From Caldilineaceae bacterium (GTDB taxonomy: Bacteria; Chloroflexota; Anaerolineae; Caldilineales; Caldilineaceae), in contig OZ241379.1 of the NCBI GenBank assembly GCA_965200685.1, positions 2,082,594-2,146,593 on the forward strand: a stretch of DNA of 64,000 bases. Reading direction: 5' to 3'. Below are positions 47,037 through 57,637 of the stretch, one piece after another (the first letter of the stretch is position 1; every line of letters starts with the position of its first letter). The translations under genes and the position numbers were made by a program. The notes below the pieces were generated by a model. The model had not been told where the DNA came from and searched no databases. It saw only the letters and a list, made by a program, of their open reading frames with translations.

Positions 47037-47550
47037 CTAGGCGTCGTTCGTATTCATGGTCCGGCTTTGTGCTGGCTGTTTGGCGAACTGGCCGGGACAT
47101 CTGCCGCAGACGCGCCCCCAAAAAGAACCCGCTACCCACAACAGCTACCAGCGGCAAAATCCATGCCAGCCAGTTGAACCCTTGTCGGGGCGGCTCGCCC
47201 AGAACCTGCGGTCCGTACTGTTCCAAGAAATAGGCTTTGATCGATTCCGCGTCTTCGCCAGCCGCCAATTTCATGGCGATCATCTCCTTCATCTGCGCGC
47301 AAGCCTTTAGCTCACAGGTATCCAGACGCAGCCCACCACCGCATAGGGGACACCACAATTGCCGGGCCACGATGTTTACTTCGTCTGCTGTAATGGCCGT
47401 AGGGCCTTCCTGGGCCAATACAAGCTGCCCACTATGGCTGCAGGCAAGCAGGGCCCACAAGACGATGAGGAGTCTCTGGATGAAAACCGTATCAACAATG
47501 CTTCGCAGTGCGGCAGAAGCGATGCGCGGCACTATGTAGATCTTGGGCAT
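47011..47550 (-). CDS. ccmH: Cytochrome c-type biogenesis protein CcmH/NrfF family
   Basis: 179 aa. The CxxC motif is in CcmH context ([19 protein letters not shown]). A C-terminal TM helix follows ([19 protein letters not shown]). Confidence 0.75.
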   Translation of the reverse strand: MPKIYIVPRIASAALRSIVDTVFIQRLLIVLWALLACSHSGQLVLAQEGPTAITADEVNIVARQLWCPLCGGGLRLDTCELKACAQMKEMIAMKLAAGEDAESIKAYFLEQYGPQVLGEPPRQGFNWLAWILPLVAVVGSGFFLGARLRQMSRPVRQTASTKPDHEYERRLDEELAHYD

Positions 47551-47564
47551 GGCGATGGGGCAGG

Positions 47565-48266
47565 CTATGGGCCCACTTTCACAAAGAGTCGTTTTGTCAA
47601 TGTCCGCCCGATAATTCTCACGATATTTTCTGGGCTTTCTGGGGTCAGGTTACCTTGTATCTGGACGGTGATTGGCCCATCAAACGGTTCAACATTCAGT
47701 ACTTTGATGTGATGGCCAGGGACCAAATGCAGTTGCGACAGATAGCGCAGCAGGGGTCCATCGTGGTTGGCCACCCGGCGCAAGATACCGGCCTGTCCCG
47801 GTTTCATCTCTGCTAAGCAGACCAGGTCCTCGTTCAGAATTTTGCCGATTCGGTTGGGGACAGGGTCCCCATGGGGGCAATGGGTCGGAAAGCCGCACAG
47901 AATTTCCATGCGTTTTTCAAATTCGGAGCTGATCGAGTGCTCTAGCCGCATGGCTTCCGTCTTCACTTGATCCCAAGTGAAGCCCATGACTTCGATCAGA
48001 AATACTTCCAATAGACGATGTCTACGCAGCAGTTGCAGCGCGGCCAGACGCCCTTGCTCTGTCAGGCGAATGCCGGCTCGCGCAGCTCGCACCACATGGC
48101 CGGTCTCTGTCAGGCGTTTCGTCATGCTGCTGGCAGCAGCCGGCGAAACCTCCATCTTTTGTGCAAGGGCTGATGTGGAAACCCTATCTGTCTCTTCACT
48201 CAACTCGTAGATCGCTACCAGATAGTCGAGCATTCCATCGGTGATGATATTGCAGAATGTACGCAT
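47565..48266 (-). CDS. DtxR/MntR family metal-dependent transcriptional regulator with a FeoA/SH3-like C-terminal domain
   Basis: DYLVAIYELSEE, RHRLLEVFL and THCPHGDPVP are DtxR-family hallmarks. The start is uncertain (48332, 48266 or 48233); I chose the ATG at 48266. Confidence 0.8.
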   Translation of the reverse strand: MRTFCNIITDGMLDYLVAIYELSEETDRVSTSALAQKMEVSPAAASSMTKRLTETGHVVRAARAGIRLTEQGRLAALQLLRRHRLLEVFLIEVMGFTWDQVKTEAMRLEHSISSEFEKRMEILCGFPTHCPHGDPVPNRIGKILNEDLVCLAEMKPGQAGILRRVANHDGPLLRYLSQLHLVPGHHIKVLNVEPFDGPITVQIQGNLTPESPENIVRIIGRTLTKRLFVKVGP

Positions 48267-48401
48267 AATCGTTGCAACGCCCGCGTGTTTATATATCAAT
48301 GTAAGAGTAGTGCCTATAGTATAGTTTGGCACAGGTAGGTTGTCAATGACGAATCCGAGTGGCCTGCAGTGGCTCTGGCAAACTACGTGCTGCTCTTGTA
48401 G

Positions 48402-49295
48402 TCAAGCCTTAATCCCGGATAGAACCACCCCACGAATCATCAATTTCTGGGCAAAGAAGAAAACCACAATCATGGGGATCACCATCAGGAAAGACATGGC
48501 CATCATATAGGGAATCTGCGTACTGTAAAGGCCCTTGAAGAACGTAATGCCGAGGGCTAGGGTGTAGTTTTCTTGGCTAGTGAGGAAGATCAAGGGGCCG
48601 AAGTAGTCGTTCCACACGGCCTGGAAGGTGAAGACCGAGATGGTGGCGATGGCTGGTCGGGAGAGAGGGATGAAGATCTGCCAGAGGATACGTAGGCGGT
48701 TGGCACCGTCCATCAGGGCTGCTTCTTCTAGTTCGAGGGGGAGGCCTTTGAAAAACTGGCGCATCAAAAAGATATTGAAGGCTCCACCGCCGAAGAAGGC
48801 CGGTACGGTCAAGGGTAGAAATGTATCCAGCCAGCCGACCCGATGGAAACCGATGAACAAGGGAATCAACGTGACCGCATTGGGCAACATAATGGACGCC
48901 AACACCATGATGAACCAGATATCTCGCCCCGGAAAGCTGATGCGTGCGAATCCATAGCCGCACAAAGAAGCCGAAAGCAGGGTGCCCACCATCACGGCAA
49001 TGGTAATGGCCAGAGTATTCAACAGCCAGCGGGTCCATTGCATACTCTCATAGGTCCACCCTTCCGGGAAGTTCTGCCAGCGGAATGTCTGGGGGAAGAA
49101 CGTGGGTGGGAAGACGTACACCTCTGTTTGGGTTTTCAAGGATGTGGTGATCATCCAGAACAGAGGCAGCAGGAATACGACCGCGCTCATAGCGAGCAGC
49201 AGATAGATGAGGGCAATGCGGTTACTCTGGGCCGGTTTGCGCCGCCAATCCAGGTCCAGAATACTTCTGTAAACTTCTCGATCTCCGAGCATCAC
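48402..49295 (-). CDS. Carbohydrate ABC transporter permease
   Basis: 297 aa with six TM helices. The EAA-type loop is LELEEAALMDGANRLRILWQIFIPLSRP. Confidence 0.88.
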   Translation of the reverse strand: MMLGDREVYRSILDLDWRRKPAQSNRIALIYLLLAMSAVVFLLPLFWMITTSLKTQTEVYVFPPTFFPQTFRWQNFPEGWTYESMQWTRWLLNTLAITIAVMVGTLLSASLCGYGFARISFPGRDIWFIMVLASIMLPNAVTLIPLFIGFHRVGWLDTFLPLTVPAFFGGGAFNIFLMRQFFKGLPLELEEAALMDGANRLRILWQIFIPLSRPAIATISVFTFQAVWNDYFGPLIFLTSQENYTLALGITFFKGLYSTQIPYMMAMSFLMVIPMIVVFFFAQKLMIRGVVLSGIKA

Positions 49296-50206
49296 TGAAC
49301 CTCCGCCTCATAGAAGACCCACAGAGCGGAAGAGCGGAAGACTAGCAATGTCACTACGAGGACCACAAAGAGCAAAAACCAGGCCATAGCCGAAGCCATG
49401 CCCATCTGTGTCCATTGAAAGGCCCGCTCGTAAAGCATTAGATTATAGAAATAGGTTGATTTCAGGGGTCCGCCTTCTGTCAGCACAAAAGCGTTCATAA
49501 ATGTTTGGGAAGCGGCGATCAGCCCTATCACTAGGTTGAAGAAGATCGTGGGTGTCATCATGGGAATCGTGATATGGCGGAAGAGTTGTCGTTCATTGGC
49601 TCCGTCCAATTTGCCCGCTTCATAGAGGGATTCGGGGATGCCTTGGAGACCGGCCAAATAGATGATCATGCCGGCCCCAATCCCCCATAGACTCATCATC
49701 ACCATGGATGCCAGCGCAGTTTCAGGTTCTGCAAAGAAAGAGAATTTTGGCAAACCGACCCGTACTAGGATGGCGTTGATCAGACCGTAGTCCCGGTTCA
49801 TCAGCCAGCCCCAGAGAATCAGGCTGGCGATGGCTGGTACGATGGCCGGCATATAAAAACTGGTGCGGAAGAAAGCGATGCCCTTCACCCGCTGGTTCAG
49901 GAGCATCGCTAGGATAAACGCTCCGACCATGCCTAAGGGTACGGATGTCCCGGCATAGATCAGCGTGACTTTACATGCTTGCCAGAAGTTCTTATCGGCC
50001 GTGAACATCCCCATGTAATTGCGAATGCCGATCCATTCTGGCGCACGTAAAAGAGGAAACTTGGTGAAGCTCAAATACAGAGAGGCCAGCATCGGGCCAA
50101 TGGTGAAGAGAAGCAATCCCAAGACGACCGGGCTAATAAAGAGATAGCCATGTACGGTATCCCGCGTACGCTTGTTCATGTGCGGAAACAATCGGGTACG
50201 AGGCAT
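49292..50206 (-). CDS. Sugar ABC transporter permease
   Basis: 304 aa. The EAA loop is LYEAGKLDGANERQLFRHITIP. There is a 4-nt overlap with the next permease. Confidence 0.88.
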   Translation of the reverse strand: MPRTRLFPHMNKRTRDTVHGYLFISPVVLGLLLFTIGPMLASLYLSFTKFPLLRAPEWIGIRNYMGMFTADKNFWQACKVTLIYAGTSVPLGMVGAFILAMLLNQRVKGIAFFRTSFYMPAIVPAIASLILWGWLMNRDYGLINAILVRVGLPKFSFFAEPETALASMVMMSLWGIGAGMIIYLAGLQGIPESLYEAGKLDGANERQLFRHITIPMMTPTIFFNLVIGLIAASQTFMNAFVLTEGGPLKSTYFYNLMLYERAFQWTQMGMASAMAWFLLFVVLVVTLLVFRSSALWVFYEAEVQ

Positions 50207-50289
50207 TGTAGTTGTCGCCCCCCATGTGCTCCTGTACGAACTGCTAATGGTACGTGACCAGTGGTGTTACCACTGGTCATTGAGCTGGG

Positions 50290-51660
50290 TTAGGCGTTCT
50301 GATCGAGACAGGCCTGAATGGTAGCGTCGGTTTCGGCGAAGGCCTCTTCTGCTGTTGCCTGGCCGCGGATGACCGCTTCAAGAGCCTGCCTGTAGCTATC
50401 GCTCACCATGCCTGCGTAGAAGCTGCCGCAATCTCCTGGGTGATCGATCACCGGCAGAATGGCATCATCCGCACCATTGATGAAGGCCATTAGGTTGGTG
50501 GGCGGTGTCGGCAGCCCTTCCATCCAGCTTGAATCATTGGCCACAGATTTCAACAGGGGTACGCCTAATTCTGCTTTGGCCGATTCAAGCTGTACAGATG
50601 GCCGGATCAATTGCTTGATGTACTCGTAAGCCATGTCTAGGTTCTGGCCGTCGGCATATGCGGACATCCCCCATGTACCCATGCCCGTTCGATGACGGCC
50701 ATCAGGCATCAGCGGCATGACCTGTACATCCCAGTCGAACTTATCGGTCGCGGCTTCACGCACAGGGCCGCGCAGGCTTTGGATGTGTGTAAAGACAGCG
50801 GCCCGCCCCAGGAAGAAAGCATTGCCACCGACATCCAACCCCAACGGCTGGGCAATATTGTGCTCGTTCCATAGGGCCGCATAGGCTGTAAGCCCTTCAA
50901 GTGTATTGGGATCTGACCAGGTCGATAGATTGTTCTCCATGTCCAGAATTGTACCGCTGTGACCCACGACCCACGGATAGACTGTGGCCCACCAGTTCCA
51001 GGTGCCATTGGCCAGGCCCCAGAAGCGAGGTGTTCCGTCTTCTTCTGTCTCTAGAGCGGTGATCTTCTGACAATTGACGATAAAATCTTCCCAGGTCCAT
51101 TGGTCTGTGGGCAATTCGGCACCGGCTTCCTCAAAGAGAGTCTTGTTGTAGTACATCGTCACCACATCAAGAGCCGATGGCAACATCTGGATCTTGCCAT
51201 CAAAGATGCCTAGGCCCAGCATGTTCTCAAAGACATCGTCGATGTCAATGTCTGCATCACCTTCAATGTATGGTCCGAGATCCAAGGTAACGCCGTTATT
51301 GGCAAAGGGGACCACGAACAGGTCAGCACTGAAGAAGACATCGGACAGGGTGCCGGCCGCGGCTGCCGTGTAATACTTCTCAGCCAGATCACCGGAAACG
51401 AAATTGAATGTGACGGTAACGTCTGGGTGCTGCTCGGTAAACGCCGCCTTAATGAGTTCATTCACTGACTCGACCGGCGCGCCTTGTAGGACAGATATCT
51501 CCAATTCGATAGGCTCTGCCATCTCAGCTCCGTCGCCTGCTTGGGGAGCCGGAGGCGGGGCACATGCTGCCAGCATTGCGCCGCCACCAATCGCCCCTGC
51601 CAGCTTGAGGATATCGCGCCGGCTGATGCTCCGTTGACTGCTCTGATTCTCGACTGACAT
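50290..51660 (-). CDS. ABC transporter extracellular solute-binding lipoprotein (sugar family, Tat signal)
   Basis: 456 aa. The twin-arginine signal is SRRDILKLAGAIGGGAMLAAC, with a lipobox Cys. Confidence 0.85.
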   Translation of the reverse strand: MSVENQSSQRSISRRDILKLAGAIGGGAMLAACAPPPAPQAGDGAEMAEPIELEISVLQGAPVESVNELIKAAFTEQHPDVTVTFNFVSGDLAEKYYTAAAAGTLSDVFFSADLFVVPFANNGVTLDLGPYIEGDADIDIDDVFENMLGLGIFDGKIQMLPSALDVVTMYYNKTLFEEAGAELPTDQWTWEDFIVNCQKITALETEEDGTPRFWGLANGTWNWWATVYPWVVGHSGTILDMENNLSTWSDPNTLEGLTAYAALWNEHNIAQPLGLDVGGNAFFLGRAAVFTHIQSLRGPVREAATDKFDWDVQVMPLMPDGRHRTGMGTWGMSAYADGQNLDMAYEYIKQLIRPSVQLESAKAELGVPLLKSVANDSSWMEGLPTPPTNLMAFINGADDAILPVIDHPGDCGSFYAGMVSDSYRQALEAVIRGQATAEEAFAETDATIQACLDQNA

Positions 51661-51928
51661 TTAGTTTACTCCTTAGTATGTAGGTTCCGTTTGAGTTTGA
51701 TCGGGGTATTTCTCATTATTACAGACTTTTACATTTTCTGCCAATTGAAACAGCGGTAGTCTGTGCCCGCGACTGCTATTGGCCTGGTCACGTGTACTCA
51801 GTTGGCCTGGACTTTGGTTAATATCTTTTTCTTGCGTACAATGACCGTGTGGCTCGTAGCCTGTACCTGCAGAAAGATTGTTGACGATTGGCATTATACA
51901 TTGGCATTATATAATGAAAGGACCTGTA

Positions 51929-52984
51929 ATGCGTACACTGAAAGTTGGCCTCGTCGGTGTCGGCGGTATTTCCCGCACTCATATGCCTGGCTGGGCCGCG
52001 TCGGAAGAGGCGGAGGTCGTGGCGGGTAGTGACATCAACGCTGAAGTATTGGAACAATGGGGCGCGCTTCATGCGATCTCCAAACTGGCGACGAACCCCG
52101 CTGACCTGTTCTCGGATCCTGATATTGATATCATCGATCTGTGTGTACCCAATATGTACCATGCCCCTCTTGCGATTGCCGCGCTGGAAGCGGGCAAGCA
52201 TGTCATCTGTGAGAAGCCTCTAGCCCCCACACCCCAGGCCATCAGACAGATGATTGAAGCACGGGACAAAGCGGGGAAGTTGCTGATGACCGCGCAACAT
52301 TTCCGCTTTCATGGTGTGTCCCAGGCCATGAAAGCGGAGGTTGACAGCGGTGTGCTGGGTGATATCTACCACGCCCGCAGCTGGATGCTACGCCGCAACG
52401 GCCTGATCCCTACCCCGGCATTCATTGAGAAAAAACACAGTGGCGGCGGCCCCTGCATTGACATCGGTGTGCATGTCCTTGACCTGACCTTGTGGCTGAT
52501 GGGCAACCCGAGGCCAGTGGCAGTCTCCGGTGTGGCTGATGCCCGGCTGGCCCACCATCCGGGCGCATTCGCTACTTGGCGAGCAGGGCCGATCCCCAGT
52601 AGCTTTGATGTGGAAGACTACGCGGTAGCCTTCGTGCGCTTTGAAACCGGTGCCACTCTCGTCTTGGAGGTGAGCTGGCTCCTGCATCATGACGTGGAAG
52701 GCGAGGATATGCAGGTCTGGATCTACGGTGATGAGGGCGGTTGTCACTGGCCATCGGCCCAGTTCCTAGACACCAACTACACCACCCGCCAGTTCAACAA
52801 CCGCACCCTCCAGCTCATCCGGGATAAAATGGAACCCCACGCGCTGGAATGTGTCGAGTTTGCCAAAGCCATCGCCAGCGGCGCGCCCTCCCCTGTCCCA
52901 GCAGAGCAGTCCCTGCAGGTATTGGCGATCCTTGATGGCATCTACCGCAGCCAGGCCGAAGCCCGGGAGATCCAACTGCAGTAG
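51929..52984 (+). CDS. Gfo/Idh/MocA family oxidoreductase
   Basis: MRTLKVGLVGVGGISRTH is a Rossmann N-terminus, and EKPLA is present. The start is moved from the track position 51878 to the ATG at 51929. Confidence 0.85.
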   Translation: MRTLKVGLVGVGGISRTHMPGWAASEEAEVVAGSDINAEVLEQWGALHAISKLATNPADLFSDPDIDIIDLCVPNMYHAPLAIAALEAGKHVICEKPLAPTPQAIRQMIEARDKAGKLLMTAQHFRFHGVSQAMKAEVDSGVLGDIYHARSWMLRRNGLIPTPAFIEKKHSGGGPCIDIGVHVLDLTLWLMGNPRPVAVSGVADARLAHHPGAFATWRAGPIPSSFDVEDYAVAFVRFETGATLVLEVSWLLHHDVEGEDMQVWIYGDEGGCHWPSAQFLDTNYTTRQFNNRTLQLIRDKMEPHALECVEFAKAIASGAPSPVPAEQSLQVLAILDGIYRSQAEAREIQLQ

Positions 52985-53027
52985 CTAGGCGCGCATGGCC
53001 AGGAACAGAAGAGAAGGAGACCCAACT

Positions 53028-54107
53028 GTGACCACTTATCGAGTCGGTATTATCGGCTGCGGACGGCCCTGGAAATCAGAAAGGGCAACCGGTTTTGGCA
53101 TGGCCCACCGGCATGCCATGGGCTATGCCGAGTCCCCCCATACAGAGCTTGTCGCCCTGGCGGATATCAGCCTAGAAAATGCCCAGGCTTTTCAGGAACA
53201 GCACGGGGGTGATGCCCTCTACCAAGACTATCGCCAGATGTTGTCCGCAGAGAATCTGGACATTGTGTCCGTCTGCGTTTGGCCTCATCTGCACGCGGAG
53301 ATGGTGCTGGCCGCGGCCGCAGCGGGCGTCAAAGCCATCCACTGTGAGAAGCCCATGGCACCCACCTTTGGCGAAGCCCGGCGCATGGTCGAAACCTGTG
53401 AGCAGAACGGGGTACAATTGACCTTCAACCATCAACGCCGCTTTGCACCACCCTTTCGTAGGGCCCGTAAGCTATTGCAGGAAGGGGCAATCGGTGAGTT
53501 GCAGCGCATTGAGGGCTACTGCCCGGACATGAATGACTGGGGCACCCATTGGTTCGATATGATGTATTTTTACAACAACGAGATACCCGCCCACTGGGTG
53601 CTGGGCCAGATCGACGCGACACGTATTCGCGAGATTTTCGCCATGGCCCACGAAACCCAGGGCATCAGCCATATCAGATTTCAAAACGGTGTGGAAGGGC
53701 TGCTGATTACCAGCATCGAGAGCTCCTTCTCACCTGCCAACCGGCTGCTGGGCAGTGAAGGGATCATTGAAGTTGGCGTCAGCCAGGAGATTCCCCTACG
53801 CTTGTGGAACGAACACACTGCTGGCTGGCAGAGCATCGATCCGCACGATTCGATTCATGATATGGATGCGGTGCAAAGGGGTATTGGGGATCTGGTCGAG
53901 GCCCTGAAGGACGGACGAGAGCCGGAACTCTGCGGCCAGCGAGCGTTGCGGGCCGCAGAGCTGACATTCGCTACCTATGAATCTAGCCGCCGTCAAGGCC
54001 GGGTAGACCTGCCTTTGGAGATCGACGACTCGCCCTTGTTGGCCATGTTGGACAGCCAGCCCGAGACACGTCTCCAAGATAGGCAGTTGTCAAATAACCA
54101 TATTTGA
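53028..54107 (+). CDS. Gfo/Idh/MocA family oxidoreductase
   Basis: The N-terminus is VTTYRVGIIGCGR, and HCEKPMA is present. The GTG at 53028 has AAGGAGA 7 nt upstream. The track ORF begins at 52995. Confidence 0.8.
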   Translation: MTTYRVGIIGCGRPWKSERATGFGMAHRHAMGYAESPHTELVALADISLENAQAFQEQHGGDALYQDYRQMLSAENLDIVSVCVWPHLHAEMVLAAAAAGVKAIHCEKPMAPTFGEARRMVETCEQNGVQLTFNHQRRFAPPFRRARKLLQEGAIGELQRIEGYCPDMNDWGTHWFDMMYFYNNEIPAHWVLGQIDATRIREIFAMAHETQGISHIRFQNGVEGLLITSIESSFSPANRLLGSEGIIEVGVSQEIPLRLWNEHTAGWQSIDPHDSIHDMDAVQRGIGDLVEALKDGREPELCGQRALRAAELTFATYESSRRQGRVDLPLEIDDSPLLAMLDSQPETRLQDRQLSNNHI

Positions 54108-54323
54108 CAACTATAATTGTAACAGGTATAGTAGTATTGGTTTGTTGTTCCCTCTCTGTGGTCTCGTTGGCTGGTGAAAATATATTGTTTTGTCGCCTTT
54201 GTGGGTGTGCAAAATGCTGTTTGACCCCTTGATCCAGTAGGCCGCAAGGTTGGATACCATCATACTGAGACTATCCACCTTGCGGGCGTACATTACCTTA
54301 CAATTGTATTCCGAGGAGGAAAG

Positions 54324-55700
54324 ATGACACAGATTTCTGAAAGAACTGTCTCTCGGCGCGATTTTATGCGCTGGAGTGGCCTAGCAGTTGGTACGGCTGC
54401 CGTGGCCGCCTGTACACCGCCCGCCGCGCCGATGGGTGGAGATGCATCTAGCGGCGAGGCTGCTGCACCCGCCGAGGACATGGAAGTAGTCGTTGAAGCT
54501 TGGGCCCACTGGGAGCAGGGCCTCGGCTGGATTCAGAATTCCATGGACAATTATGGCTTCAGCGAAGAGAACCCTCATATCCAGTGGAACCCGGTTGTGG
54601 CCCCGTTCAATGAGATCCACGACAAGATGCTGGCTGCATGCGCTTCGGGCGTAGGTGTGCCCGATGTTATGCGCGTGGAGCAAGGGCGCATGGCCGCATT
54701 CTTCAAGGGCGATGAGATCTGCTTCATTGACCTGACCGACCGCATCGGCGGCCGTATGGATGATCTGGTGCTCGGTTCAGCCGTAGACTATTGGTCCTGG
54801 AAAGGCAGCATCTACGGCATCGGCAACGAAGTCAACGCCTGTTCGCTAGCCTATCGCAAAGCTGTGTTTGATGAAATCGGCATTGAAACCCCGTTTGAAA
54901 CTTGGAATGATCTCGTTGAAGCCGGTCTTGTCCTGAAGGAAGCCAAAGATATGGCTGTCATTTCCTGGCATGATCTGCATGATGGTGATTTCCAGATCAT
55001 GCTCTTCGCGGCCGGCGGTGAAATGTTCGACGAGAACGGTGACTTCGGCGGCCTCAATGAGTTGGGCAAAGAGATTCTTGCATTCCAAAGCTCCACCATC
55101 CACGACCTGGGCATTGCCATCGCCGCGCCAGTGACGGGTGATTCGACTTGGTCTCCACCGATCTACTGGGAATCTTTCCGCCAGGATCAGATCGCCTGTA
55201 CCATTGGCGCGCCCTGGCACAACGGCAAATTAGGCAGAGATGATAAGATCGGCCCAGGCCAGGAGAACGAATGGCGCTTGCAGCGGCTGCCCGGCGGCTT
55301 TGGTGACAACCTGCCCACCGCCACCCATGGTGGCACCAGTGTGAGCATCCCCAAGCAGGCCCAACATCCCGAGGAAGCTTGGCAGATCATTGAATTTACC
55401 CACCTGACGGAAGCCGTTTTGCAGGATTCCATTGAGCGCGGCATCTGGCCCTCCTACATCCCCGTGTTGGATGATCCGGTCCTGAATGAGCCTTATGATT
55501 ACTACGAAGGGCAGGTAATCGGCGAGCTGTACAAAGATCTGGCCCTACAGATGCCTCGTATCTTCCAATCACCGTGGGCACCGGAATTCCACACGGCGAT
55601 CAACAACTTCGTCATCACGCCGGTTCTGCAGGAACAGGCGGATATCGATGCAGCCTTTAGTGAGCTAGAACCGGAACTGGAACGCCTCAAGTCCCTCTAG
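54324..55700 (+). CDS. ABC transporter extracellular solute-binding lipoprotein (sugar family, Tat signal)
   Basis: 458 aa. The twin-arginine signal with lipobox is SRRDFMRWSGLAVGTAAVAAC. AGGAGG lies upstream of the ATG. Confidence 0.85.
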   Translation: MTQISERTVSRRDFMRWSGLAVGTAAVAACTPPAAPMGGDASSGEAAAPAEDMEVVVEAWAHWEQGLGWIQNSMDNYGFSEENPHIQWNPVVAPFNEIHDKMLAACASGVGVPDVMRVEQGRMAAFFKGDEICFIDLTDRIGGRMDDLVLGSAVDYWSWKGSIYGIGNEVNACSLAYRKAVFDEIGIETPFETWNDLVEAGLVLKEAKDMAVISWHDLHDGDFQIMLFAAGGEMFDENGDFGGLNELGKEILAFQSSTIHDLGIAIAAPVTGDSTWSPPIYWESFRQDQIACTIGAPWHNGKLGRDDKIGPGQENEWRLQRLPGGFGDNLPTATHGGTSVSIPKQAQHPEEAWQIIEFTHLTEAVLQDSIERGIWPSYIPVLDDPVLNEPYDYYEGQVIGELYKDLALQMPRIFQSPWAPEFHTAINNFVITPVLQEQADIDAAFSELEPELERLKSL

Positions 55701-55777
55701 TCAAGAAGCGAGGAGTTTTCTTAACTCCTCGCTTTTTCACGCCGTTTGAAGATGAGACCCATACTCCGGAGCACTTC

Positions 55778-56743
55778 ATGGCCCTATCTAGCGAAACGTC
55801 CGCGCACGGACGTCCCTACGCGCCCGGAACCCCCACGGGTTTAAGGCTGTGGTGGCATCGTCACCGCTTACAGGTGATTCCCTATTTCTACATTGCACCT
55901 TTTTTCATCCTCTTTGCCATCTTTCTGGCATGGCCGGTTGCCCGCAGCTTTTATCTGAGTTTTCATAAACAACAGGGGATCAGCACGCCTACATTTATCG
56001 GTATCGACAATTATATCAACCTCTTGGCCGACCCGCGTTTCAAACAGTCACTGGTCAACACGACCGTGTACGCGTTAGGAAGCCTGTTCCTGCAAATTCC
56101 ACTTGCCTTCATTCTGGCAGTCGTTGTCAACTCCAAACTTGTGCCTTGGCCCAATGGGAAGAGTTTTTATCGTCTTTCGTATTTCGTACCACTGCTGACT
56201 TCTGCGGTCATCGCTAGTCTGATGTTCAGTATTCTTTATGACTATAATTCCGGGCTCATCAACAGTTATCTGATGCAGGTCTTTGGTGAAGATGCCAAAG
56301 TGGGGTGGGTACGCGATGCAAATATAGTGAAATTTTCGATCATTCTACTGCTGATCTGGCGTTATACTGGCATCAACTCGCTCTATTTTGTCGCGGGCCT
56401 GCAAAATATCCCCAAAGAGTTAGAAGAGGCGGCCGCGATTGACGGGGCCAACTGGTGGCAGGTGTTGGTAGGCATTACGATTCCGCTGATGCGGCCAGTG
56501 ATTCTCTTTGTTACAGTGACAGCAATCAACGGCTCCTATCAGATCTTTGCCGAGCCTTACCTATTGACCGGCGGCGGTCCTCGGGACCAGTCTCTCAGTA
56601 TCGTGCAGTATCTCTACAATACCGGCTTCTCCTATTTCAATTTGGGATATGCGTCGGCCATCGGTTATACATTGGTCACAATTATTGTGATCTTAGCCAT
56701 TTTGAATCTGCGCTTCTTTGGTGCCTTCCGTGAAGATCAGTAA
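55778..56743 (+). CDS. Sugar ABC transporter permease
   Basis: 321 aa. The EAA loop is LEEAAAIDGANWWQVLVGITIPLMRP. Confidence 0.88.
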   Translation: MALSSETSAHGRPYAPGTPTGLRLWWHRHRLQVIPYFYIAPFFILFAIFLAWPVARSFYLSFHKQQGISTPTFIGIDNYINLLADPRFKQSLVNTTVYALGSLFLQIPLAFILAVVVNSKLVPWPNGKSFYRLSYFVPLLTSAVIASLMFSILYDYNSGLINSYLMQVFGEDAKVGWVRDANIVKFSIILLLIWRYTGINSLYFVAGLQNIPKELEEAAAIDGANWWQVLVGITIPLMRPVILFVTVTAINGSYQIFAEPYLLTGGGPRDQSLSIVQYLYNTGFSYFNLGYASAIGYTLVTIIVILAILNLRFFGAFREDQ

Positions 56744-56753
56744 GGGCTAATTT

Positions 56754-57632
56754 ATGACGACAAAGGTGCAGCCTGTGCCTTCATCAGGGCCAACATTCTC
56801 TGGCATCCGTATCCGCAATGGCATTCTTGTCAGCCTGACAAACTTTATTTTGCTCATCGGCGTATTGCTTACTGCGGTCCCCTTTCTGTACATGATTTCT
56901 GCGTCATTCAAACCACAGAATGAGATATTCACATTCCCTGTGCAGATTTTTCCGCAAGAGCCTTTCTTTGACAACTACACGACGTTAATTGGGGAAACCC
57001 TCTATCTGCGCTGGTTTCTGAACACCGCTATCGTCGCGATTGGGCGTACATCCTTGTCTCTGCTTCTCTGTATGCTGGCCGGCTTTGCTTTCGCTAAATA
57101 TGAGTTCCCGTTTCGGCGTGTTCTCTTTGTGATGGTCTTGGCTAGTTTTACGCTTCCCTTTGAGGTCGTGTTGGTCCCTCTGTATACGATGATGGTCAAC
57201 TTAGGCTGGCTAAACACCTATTGGGTGCTGATCGTCCCCTTTGCCGCCAGTGCGTTCGGCATCTTCCTAGCACGGCAATACGCATTAGCCCTGCCGACAG
57301 AGTTGATGGAAGCCGCCCGCATAGATGGCTCCAGTGAATTGGGGATCTTTTTTCGCATTGCTCTGCCCAATCTACGCCCCGCCCTGGCAGTGATGGGCAT
57401 TATCTTTTTCCAAGCATCATGGAACGATTTTCTCTGGCCCTTGATCGTCCTCAATGACTCAAGTATGTACGTTATCAACCTAGCCCTGCCCACCCTGCGC
57501 GGCCCGTACGGCGACCAGTACGGTCTCGTCCTCGGGGGGGCGGTCATCGCCGTCATACCGATTGTCATTATCTTCTTCGCCATGCAGCGGTATTTCATTG
57601 AAGGGATTATGGCCGGCGCGCTGAAAGGATAA
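56754..57632 (+). CDS. Carbohydrate ABC transporter permease
   Basis: 292 aa. The EAA loop is LMEAARIDGSSELGIFFRIALPNLRP. Confidence 0.88.
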   Translation: MTTKVQPVPSSGPTFSGIRIRNGILVSLTNFILLIGVLLTAVPFLYMISASFKPQNEIFTFPVQIFPQEPFFDNYTTLIGETLYLRWFLNTAIVAIGRTSLSLLLCMLAGFAFAKYEFPFRRVLFVMVLASFTLPFEVVLVPLYTMMVNLGWLNTYWVLIVPFAASAFGIFLARQYALALPTELMEAARIDGSSELGIFFRIALPNLRPALAVMGIIFFQASWNDFLWPLIVLNDSSMYVINLALPTLRGPYGDQYGLVLGGAVIAVIPIVIIFFAMQRYFIEGIMAGALKG

Positions 57633-57637
57633 AACTT

